A DNA stretch of 64,000 nt from the sequence record OR538032.1. One strand, 5' to 3'. Below are positions 57,361-64,000 of the stretch, piece by piece. The first letter of the stretch is position 1. The number at the start of each line of letters is the position of its first letter. The notes under the pieces were generated by a model that was not told where the DNA came from, made no database searches, and worked only from the letters and a program-made list of their open reading frames with translations. A program made the translations under genes and the position numbers.

Positions 57361-57606
57361 ATGACGCACGATTTGAATATGCTTCTTGAGCAGTACAACC
57401 TCGCGAATTACGATTGCGACGGTGATTTTGAAGACTATTACTGGTCGGTGGCAGAATGGATTGGTCAGACTGTCTTCAGTCACGGTACAATTCGTAAACA
57501 CGATATTCTTGAGCTGCTTTGCGATTTACTTGAAATCTCTGAAGACCAAATCAACGTAGATGACGTTGACGATTTTCTAACCGAAGTTTATGAGGTGATT
57601 GAATAA
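57361..57606 (+). CDS. highly acidic small protein
   Basis: 21 D/E versus 2 K/R in 81 aa; AAGG RBS. Confidence 0.78.
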   Translation: MTHDLNMLLEQYNLANYDCDGDFEDYYWSVAEWIGQTVFSHGTIRKHDILELLCDLLEISEDQINVDDVDDFLTEVYEVIE

Positions 57607-57666
57607 TGAAGAAAATTCATCGTAAGGAGCTGTTTCACTGAGTAATTTAACTCGGAGAAACAGCAA

Positions 57667-58179
57667 ATGACTGAAGTCAAAAAATACAAAGGCGTAAAAG
57701 AAAACGAACTACCAATCTACAATTCTCGTGAAATGCGCTACAGATACATTTACAAGGTAGATGAAGGTTCATGGGTACCTGAATGGGCTAGAACATACGT
57801 TCGTTACGAACGTTTCTGGACGATGCGTCTAGAAGTCGGGTTTTACATTGCCGACGAAGCAAGTCGCAAACTAGATCTGATTCGCAAAGCCGAACGTCTT
57901 GCATCATACAAAGGTAACTACGTTTTCCGTTACACGCCAGTGCCACATACAGGTGGCTACAAGAACTGGGTATCAACCATTCGAGGGAAAGGGTTGATGT
58001 CTGAGATCCATCACAATAAGATTTGCAAAGACGAAATTGAGCCAGAATACGGTAATGTCGTACGCAAAAAGCGTGATAAACTAGTGCGCTGTCTTAGAGA
58101 TTGGGATGGTCTAGAGTCGTATCATTCACAGCAACGCGGTTGGAAACGTTCTAAGAAGCGTAAGCAGTGGATGAAATAA
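57667..58179 (+). CDS. hypothetical basic protein
   Basis: GGAG RBS; ends RGWKRSKKRKQWMK. Confidence 0.78.
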   Translation: MTEVKKYKGVKENELPIYNSREMRYRYIYKVDEGSWVPEWARTYVRYERFWTMRLEVGFYIADEASRKLDLIRKAERLASYKGNYVFRYTPVPHTGGYKNWVSTIRGKGLMSEIHHNKICKDEIEPEYGNVVRKKRDKLVRCLRDWDGLESYHSQQRGWKRSKKRKQWMK

Positions 58180-58184
58180 TGAAG

Positions 58185-58220
58185 AAAAGGGTTGCAATTC
58201 GCAGCCCTTTTTAGTATCAT
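58185..58220 (+). promoter_or_regulatory. terminator hairpin overlapping sigma70 promoter
   Basis: AAAAGGGTTGC-AATTC-GCAGCCCTTTTT contains -35 TTGCAA; -10 TATCAT after N17. Confidence 0.75.
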
Positions 58221-58248
58221 ACAGTAGATTCACATTGAGAGATATATT

Positions 58249-58845
58249 ATGACTGATAAGAAACAAAAACCAACTCTAATTTTTGACGTGGATGGTGTTC
58301 TAATTGATTGGGCAAGCCAGCTACCGTTATTCTGCAAACGCTGCGGAATCGACCCTGTTCGTGCGCTGAAGCATTTCACAGCGAAAGAACACGTTGACGT
58401 ACGCGACCTATTCGGCGTTGAACAACGCTCAATTGCATTCGATTTGCTTGAGAAATACAATCTCGAACATGGCAAATACATGACTGCTTTCCCAGATGCT
58501 GTCGAGCACGTACACAAAATCGCCAAAGAGTACAATCTAGTCGCATTGACTAAATTCGGTGACACTACAGATCACTGGCTAGTTCGCAAGTTTAATCTTG
58601 AGACGTTCTTCCCTGGGTGTTTCAGTGAGTTGATCACAATTCGCGGTGATGAGAGCAAAGTCGGGTATGTTGCTGCATTACAAGCAGATCATAATGTAGT
58701 TGGTTTTATCGACGACCAGCTTGAGAATATTCAAGCAATCGGTCGAGCAACGAATCTAAAAACGATTCATCTAAACCGCTACGATGAACGCGCTGATGTT
58801 CATCACATGTCGAAGCTATTAGACTTTCTTCACGAAAAAGTTTAA
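58249..58845 (+). CDS. 30.2: HAD-family phosphatase (T4 30.2-like)
   Basis: LIFDVDGVLIDW, VALT, FIDDQ..NI; upstream of gene 30. Confidence 0.8.
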   Translation: MTDKKQKPTLIFDVDGVLIDWASQLPLFCKRCGIDPVRALKHFTAKEHVDVRDLFGVEQRSIAFDLLEKYNLEHGKYMTAFPDAVEHVHKIAKEYNLVALTKFGDTTDHWLVRKFNLETFFPGCFSELITIRGDESKVGYVAALQADHNVVGFIDDQLENIQAIGRATNLKTIHLNRYDERADVHHMSKLLDFLHEKV

Positions 58846-58869
58846 TACAGCAATAACTCATCGTATAAT
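58841..58869 (+). promoter_or_regulatory. sigma70-like promoter
   Basis: TTTAAT-N17-TATAAT. Confidence 0.55.
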
Positions 58870-58892
58870 AAAGCTCCGTTTGGGGCTTTTTT
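58870..58892 (+). terminator. intrinsic terminator
   Basis: AAAGCTCC-GTTT-GGGGCTTTTTT. Confidence 0.75.
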
Positions 58893-58902
58893 GGATTCGA
58901 AG

Positions 58903-59202
58903 ATGATTAAACGAGCTTATATTATTCACGCAGATAGCGCACTTGCAAAACGCGCAGTCGCGCTTGACAAACGAGAAGCAAAAGGTAAACCGTTCTTCAC
59001 TAGTAAAGAAGAGTGGGAAGCTGAACTGCAAACGGATTGGCAAGAATGGAACAAGGAAGCATGTGATTACATCGTTCACATATACGGCGATCATATCGCT
59101 GGGAAAACATTCTTAGTTACAATTCAAGACGGCAACGTATATTTTGAGGAAAATGATGTTTGCTATACTAATGAAAAGCAACCAAGAAGTGGCGATTATT
59201 GA
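58903..59202 (+). CDS. hypothetical protein
   Basis: ATG 58903 in the frame of track ORF 58891; start uncertain. Confidence 0.65.
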   Translation: MIKRAYIIHADSALAKRAVALDKREAKGKPFFTSKEEWEAELQTDWQEWNKEACDYIVHIYGDHIAGKTFLVTIQDGNVYFEENDVCYTNEKQPRSGDY

Positions 59203-59374
59203 TCTCGGTGATGTTACAATGCCTGCATTGTACATGAAAGAAGATGACGCGCTTCGAGTGTTGTACAAAAATGATTTACACGACCGTTGCTTTGTTGCAC
59301 GTGTTCGTCCTGAAATTTATATAGAGGGTCCAGATGATTCTACCGATTCTAAACAAACTAGCAGCAACGACTAA
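59171..59374 (+). CDS. hypothetical protein
   Basis: short ORF overlapping the ligase start; start uncertain. Confidence 0.5.
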   Translation: MKSNQEVAIIDLGDVTMPALYMKEDDALRVLYKNDLHDRCFVARVRPEIYIEGPDDSTDSKQTSSND

Positions 59375-60677
59375 ACGTACTGAAAAAGAGAAGATTTTGA
59401 AGTCTGAAGCAAGCAACGAATTGCTGAAGCGAGTCTTCCAACTTGCGTACACGCCAACATATCAGTACAACATGAAAAAACTGCCTGAAGTTTGTCATGA
59501 AACTGCTGCTCTACACGTCGATTGCTATCTTCCGCTTGAAGAAGCACTTGAGCATGTGTTTGATGCGCTAGTGACTAAACAAACTCGCGGTCAAGCTGCT
59601 CAGACTGTTGTCTCTAACATCTTGAAGCAAGTAACTGCTGATGATGCTGAGGTGATTCGTCGTGTGATTCTACGCGATTTGCGCACTGGTTGTACTGGCA
59701 GCACTGCTAACAAAGTGTGGAAGAAACTGATTCCTGAGCAGCCACAAATGCTTGCAAGTGCGCATAACGAAAAGCTAATCGACGCGATTCTGACTAAAAT
59801 CGCATACGCGGAACTAAAAGCAGACGGCGCACGCTGTTTCGCTCACGTTGATCTTGACGGTAATATTACGCTGACATCGAGAAACGGCAAACCGTATCTT
59901 GGTTTACAGAAAGTCGAGAAAGCATTGACTGCAATGGGCGTGAATGGCTTTGTAATTGACGGTGAGCTTGTCTATGCACCGAATGGTCTCCACGCAGTTG
60001 AAGACCGTTCAACTGGTAACGGCATCGTTAACAAAGCAAGCAAAGGCACGATTTCTCTAAAAGAGCAAGCTGACATCATCTTCCAAGTATGGGACATCAT
60101 CCCAGAAGATGTGTACTTCGGCAAGTCAAACGAACTCAACATGGCGTACAGCAAGCGTAAGCGTGTTTTAGCAGATGTTGCGCTTAAAGCAAAGGGTGTC
60201 ATTGAGCCTATTCCGTGGCAAACAGTTTCGACTAAAGAACAAGCGTCTGAAATCTACAATCAGTACGTTGCTCAGGGTCTAGAAGGAATCATCTTGAAAG
60301 ATCCAGATGCGCTTTGGGAAAACAAGCGAAGCAAATCACTTGTGAAGTACAAAGAAGTGCATGACGGTGATCTTGAGATCATTGAAGTCATCGAAGGCGA
60401 CAAGAAGAATAAAGGCAAGATGGGTGCTCTTCTATTGCGTTCAGCTTGCGGTAAGTTGATTACTAAAGTTGGTAGCGGGTTCACGGACAAAGATCGCGAA
60501 GAAATTTGGGCGCGTCGTGATGAAGTTATCGGCATGATTGTAGAAATCAACTACAACGCGATTACTCGCGCAAGAAACAAAGACACGTGGTCATGCTTCT
60601 TGCCGATTTTCGTGCAATTCCGTGACGACAAAGACGTTGCGAACACGCTTGAAGAAATGAGCGGGTTCAAGGGTTAA
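59334..60677 (+). CDS. gp30: ATP-dependent DNA ligase
   Basis: QMLAS, ELKADGAR (adenylation Lys), IDGEL, LEGIILK, WENKRSKSLVKYK, VGSGF, FRDDK. Confidence 0.97.
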   Translation: MILPILNKLAATTKRTEKEKILKSEASNELLKRVFQLAYTPTYQYNMKKLPEVCHETAALHVDCYLPLEEALEHVFDALVTKQTRGQAAQTVVSNILKQVTADDAEVIRRVILRDLRTGCTGSTANKVWKKLIPEQPQMLASAHNEKLIDAILTKIAYAELKADGARCFAHVDLDGNITLTSRNGKPYLGLQKVEKALTAMGVNGFVIDGELVYAPNGLHAVEDRSTGNGIVNKASKGTISLKEQADIIFQVWDIIPEDVYFGKSNELNMAYSKRKRVLADVALKAKGVIEPIPWQTVSTKEQASEIYNQYVAQGLEGIILKDPDALWENKRSKSLVKYKEVHDGDLEIIEVIEGDKKNKGKMGALLLRSACGKLITKVGSGFTDKDREEIWARRDEVIGMIVEINYNAITRARNKDTWSCFLPIFVQFRDDKDVANTLEEMSGFKG

Positions 60678-60678
60678 T

Positions 60679-60702
60679 AAAAGGGGCGAAAGCCCCTTTT
60701 TT
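60679..60702 (+). terminator. terminator after ligase
   Basis: AAAAGGGGC-GAAA-GCCCCTTTTTT. Confidence 0.92.
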
Positions 60703-60704
60703 CG

Positions 60705-60712
60705 TATAAATA
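60705..60712 (+). promoter_or_regulatory. late promoter TATAAATA
   Basis: exact consensus immediately after the terminator. Confidence 0.88.
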
Positions 60713-60735
60713 CTTTCATTTAGAGAGAACCGAAA

Positions 60736-61617
60736 ATGATTATATTCGAAGATATTAATCCGCTGTGTGAAGCATTTGATCGCCCAGCACCATACAAATG
60801 GGATTCTATGTACAACGAAGCCCGATTTACGGTTGGGAACGTGCAGTATGTTGCGTTTATCAAAGATAATGACACAGCAAGAGGTTTAAGTCTGTATGTG
60901 GCATTTCAGCGTCGTGATAACGCAACTGGTCAATGGACTCACTCACTTGCTAAAGGCTCGCCGAAAGACGCAATGACGGTATTGAGCACAATACTGGCAG
61001 CAACATTTGACAAGGCATCAAAAGTTGAACCGAATGAAATTACATTCAGTGCATTTCGTGACGCAGAGGACGAAGACGCAAATAAGCGTTTTAGACTGTA
61101 CAAGCGTATGGCTGAGCGATACGCAAAGCAAATGAATTACACAGTTCATATCACTGGTAATAGCTTCACACTAACAAACAACAATCCACCTAAGATCAGA
61201 CGACTGCACAATGACGGCATTCACAAAGAAGATGAACTTACATACGTAAATTTCCCTGCTTGTAATGCATTCACATGGGCGAAGATTTTCTGGCTCGACA
61301 ATGACGGCGATTACATCAAACTTACATTGCCTCACGGTCGTATTCACATTGTGAGAAAATCAAGTGACGTGATTGAAATCGAAGCAATTACACCGAAAGG
61401 TCGTTTTGACAATCTAGATTCAGATGAGATTTGGATGTCGATGTTATCTGATATTAAAGTGAAAGCTAGAGGCGGAAGCACATTTACTATATCAGAGAAA
61501 GGCGCGATTTTAGATGCCGGTGATATGATTTTGTGTGAGCAAGGTACGTTTTATTACCTAAGTTCTGAAGATGATTTCAAAGAAATCTGGGGATATGAAA
61601 TCGACTCGATTGAATAA
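60736..61617 (+). CDS. late hypothetical protein with CTS-like N-terminus
   Basis: MIIFEDINPLCE-AFDRP; own late promoter and terminator. Confidence 0.82.
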   Translation: MIIFEDINPLCEAFDRPAPYKWDSMYNEARFTVGNVQYVAFIKDNDTARGLSLYVAFQRRDNATGQWTHSLAKGSPKDAMTVLSTILAATFDKASKVEPNEITFSAFRDAEDEDANKRFRLYKRMAERYAKQMNYTVHITGNSFTLTNNNPPKIRRLHNDGIHKEDELTYVNFPACNAFTWAKIFWLDNDGDYIKLTLPHGRIHIVRKSSDVIEIEAITPKGRFDNLDSDEIWMSMLSDIKVKARGGSTFTISEKGAILDAGDMILCEQGTFYYLSSEDDFKEIWGYEIDSIE

Positions 61618-61618
61618 G

Positions 61619-61645
61619 AAAAGGGAGCAATTTGCTCCCTTTTTT
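61619..61645. terminator. bidirectional terminator
   Basis: AAAAGGGAGCA-ATT-TGCTCCCTTTTTT between convergent genes; identical to 21067-21093. Confidence 0.9.
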
Positions 61646-61647
61646 GA

Positions 61648-63312
61648 TCATGGTGTCAGAGGACTACGTTCTTTCACTTTGCGGTCTTCGTCGATTTCAA
61701 TATCAACAACTCGCATGAAGTTAGCAACTTGCGCTAACTCACTCAAACGTTCCTGCTTTTTGTAAGCAGACAGGACGCCGCTTTTCGATGAATTGTCTTT
61801 GGCTTTCAAGCGAATCACCGCATCGAATTCTGATAATTGAACAACGTCGGCTTCGAACATCGTATTACGGTTGATGATGAAATCACAATCGCCTTTCTTC
61901 CCGTATTTGCCTGGTGCTAAAACAGGTAACCCGTCAGACTCAATAACAAACACAACGTTCAGTTTTCTGTCAGATTCGAGCATATCACGCATAATTGATT
62001 TGCTATTCTTGCTCGTCGCGTTGACGATTGTTTTCGCGCTAGATTCAACAAAGTCACATACAACAAATGGATCAGTTGATGATGTGATGAACGCAGTTGA
62101 AACGAACGCGCCAGATTCAAGAATCGAGCCGACACGTTTGCTAGACATTTCACAACCACGATATAGCGTAACGCCATTCGACACCTTACCAGCTTCATAG
62201 AAAGCTCGGTCTAAGCGAGAAATTGCATCCCTAACCTTTTCATCACCTGCGCCGTGAACTAACTCTTCATTGACCTTCCACGAATAACGAGACGCAGAAT
62301 AGCGAGAAATTGCAGCTTGAGTAAGAGAAGATAGACCAGCATATGAATCTTCTTGCATCATTTGCAACGATAATTGGTCATATTGCTTCTCAAACGCACG
62401 TGAACGGGCTTTTAACAGTGCGCCGCATACTTCGCTAATCAAGTTAGCTTTAACGCCCTCAGAGCGTGCAGCGTCGATATATGGGTTCATTCGTTCTGCT
62501 ACATCAACAAGGTCGATGTTCATATCAACAATTGCTTGAGCAGCGTTAGCCAATTTCGTTAGACCGTCAGTTGCTGCCGCTTCTGTTAATTGCTGCTTGA
62601 TAGATGCACTGACCCGCGCTTCCATTTGTGGCATTTGTAGAATTTGATTTGGGACGCGAACGGCAGGGTTTTCTTCTACCCATTGACCTAGAACATCATC
62701 TTCATAATCATCATAGCCAGCATCGGCAGTCACGATGATTGTTTTCTTGCTTGAAATGTCAGTCTCTTTCGCCATTTTAGCAGCAAGAATATTGATTGTT
62801 TCTTCGGTTGCTTCGACGAGTTTATCAGCGTCATAGCCGGGTTTCGTGATCACGAAGAAGCTGAAATCTTCAGCCATTTCATTATCACCGACGTTCATGA
62901 TTTTAGTCGTTTCGCAGCCGTATCGAAGTTTCTTGAACAGCGTTTTAACACGCATGTCGAACATTTTACCGCTACCGATCTTTTGAATACGCATAGACAC
63001 AGCGTTGGCACGTGTTTTCAACATGAAACTTTGGATCAATTTAACCAATGTTTCTTGAAACTTTTCTTGGTCTCCCATGTCACGGATGGTTAATCCGCCT
63101 TTTTTGCCTCGCATTGCTGAGACAGTACAGAACCACGAACGTTTTCCACGATTTCCGATGTCTGATTTTGTTTTAGTTGTGAACGAAACTACAACGTCAC
63201 GAGCTTCGCCTTTCATATCGATCACAAAGAATTTGTTTTCTTTGGTCGAGCGAGCCGGATAGTAGTCGTACGTTGCGCTCATGTTTTCAGTTAATTGTTG
63301 AAATCCAATCAT
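61648..63312 (-). CDS. alt: Alt-like ADP-ribosyltransferase-fold protein
   Basis: N-terminus parallels T4 Alt; ART motifs TLYRG, FITSS, VLAPG...DCDFIINRN; downstream of gene 30 as in T4. Confidence 0.75.
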   Translation of the reverse strand: MIGFQQLTENMSATYDYYPARSTKENKFFVIDMKGEARDVVVSFTTKTKSDIGNRGKRSWFCTVSAMRGKKGGLTIRDMGDQEKFQETLVKLIQSFMLKTRANAVSMRIQKIGSGKMFDMRVKTLFKKLRYGCETTKIMNVGDNEMAEDFSFFVITKPGYDADKLVEATEETINILAAKMAKETDISSKKTIIVTADAGYDDYEDDVLGQWVEENPAVRVPNQILQMPQMEARVSASIKQQLTEAAATDGLTKLANAAQAIVDMNIDLVDVAERMNPYIDAARSEGVKANLISEVCGALLKARSRAFEKQYDQLSLQMMQEDSYAGLSSLTQAAISRYSASRYSWKVNEELVHGAGDEKVRDAISRLDRAFYEAGKVSNGVTLYRGCEMSSKRVGSILESGAFVSTAFITSSTDPFVVCDFVESSAKTIVNATSKNSKSIMRDMLESDRKLNVVFVIESDGLPVLAPGKYGKKGDCDFIINRNTMFEADVVQLSEFDAVIRLKAKDNSSKSGVLSAYKKQERLSELAQVANFMRVVDIEIDEDRKVKERSPLTP

Positions 63313-63345
63313 TTTTATAGACTCACCCTTTAGAAAATATATGAG

Positions 63346-63353
63346 TATTTATG
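63346..63353 (-). promoter_or_regulatory. late promoter variant CATAAATA for alt
   Basis: TATTTATG on + strand, 34 nt upstream of the start. Confidence 0.7.
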
Positions 63354-63403
63354 ATGCACATAACACCCGTTGAAAATATTTTAAACTTTTTCGCAAAAAA
63401 AGG

Positions 63404-63433
63404 TTGCACAACGATAGTGTTGTCTCCTATTAT
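63404..63433 (+). promoter_or_regulatory. sigma70-type early promoter
   Basis: A-tract, TTGCAC-N18-TATTAT. Confidence 0.72.
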
Positions 63434-63473
63434 TATCTCATCGAAACGAATTAACAAACAAGAGAGAATAATT

Positions 63474-63977
63474 ATGAATGCACAATCAATGACTAACGCT
63501 CAAATCGCTGAACTATTCGACATGACAGTTGACGCAAACGGTTTTCAAGCAGTTGATGCGAAAGGTCGTCGTCATTACCTGACCGACTTACGTCAAAAAG
63601 CAATGAAAGCTGCTAAGACGAAGAAAGCACGTAAAGTACGCGCTGAAGCACAACCTAAAGCAACTGCCGAAGAACTACTTGCAGAACTACAAAGCGAGTC
63701 GTCAGATTTCTGGGAAATTCGCGAATCTCAGCCAGGGATGGACTCTGAAGAACACGGTCTGAACGTGTACGTGACTGCTGGTCTGCCTGATCGTCACCGC
63801 GTAATGATTCGCTCAAGTGTTTTAACAAACAAAGAGCTTGATCGTGAACTCGGCTACCTGAATCCATCAAAGCAGAAAGAAGAACAGCGTCGCAAAAAAT
63901 CGACAATTATTTTCTCAAACCGTTCAGCGAAAGAAATCGTTGAAATCATTGAAAAAGTGAAGTCAATTAGTGAATAA
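63474..63977 (+). CDS. hypothetical early protein
   Basis: GAGAG RBS before ATG 63474 (track starts at 63351). Confidence 0.8.
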   Translation: MNAQSMTNAQIAELFDMTVDANGFQAVDAKGRRHYLTDLRQKAMKAAKTKKARKVRAEAQPKATAEELLAELQSESSDFWEIRESQPGMDSEEHGLNVYVTAGLPDRHRVMIRSSVLTNKELDRELGYLNPSKQKEEQRRKKSTIIFSNRSAKEIVEIIEKVKSISE

Positions 63978-64000
63978 TGTGAACTAACTCACGAAAAAGT

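Overview
64 kb segment of a large T4-like lytic myophage genome. The gp23 sequence and the gene content (CCA-adding enzyme, Sir2, two inh copies, fused 39/60 topoisomerase) most resemble KVP40-type Vibrio phages. That assignment is from recall, not a database search. Left to right the window holds: packaging, tail and head genes (16-17-18-19-20-67-68-21-22-23); an accessory island from cca to inh2; uvsW and uvsY; long tail fiber genes 35 and 34 (minus strand); the replication block rnh-dsbA-33-59-32-frd-clpP-uvsX-40-41-grx-nrdD-nrdG; 61.1-61-dut-dexA; a mosaic of small early ORFs around td, srd, sir2 and topoisomerase; DNA ligase; and an Alt-like gene. No tRNA, CRISPR array, intron, intein or IS was recognised. 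Main leads: (1) a 66-aa prepilin-like mini-protein with an intact G|FTLIE cleavage motif; (2) a dispersed set of late-promoter ORFs with capsid-targeting/gp21-cleavage-like N-termini, one carrying a domain recalled from phosphorothioation-associated proteins; (3) an Alt-like ADP-ribosyltransferase with D-x-D in place of catalytic E-x-E; (4) a fiber gene with tandem N-terminal foldon motifs at the hoc position; (5) a gp35 with a split fibrinogen-like domain; (6) terminator hairpins that contain sigma70 -35 boxes. All family assignments come from motif recognition by eye, and several starts were moved from the ORF track to RBS-supported ATGs.
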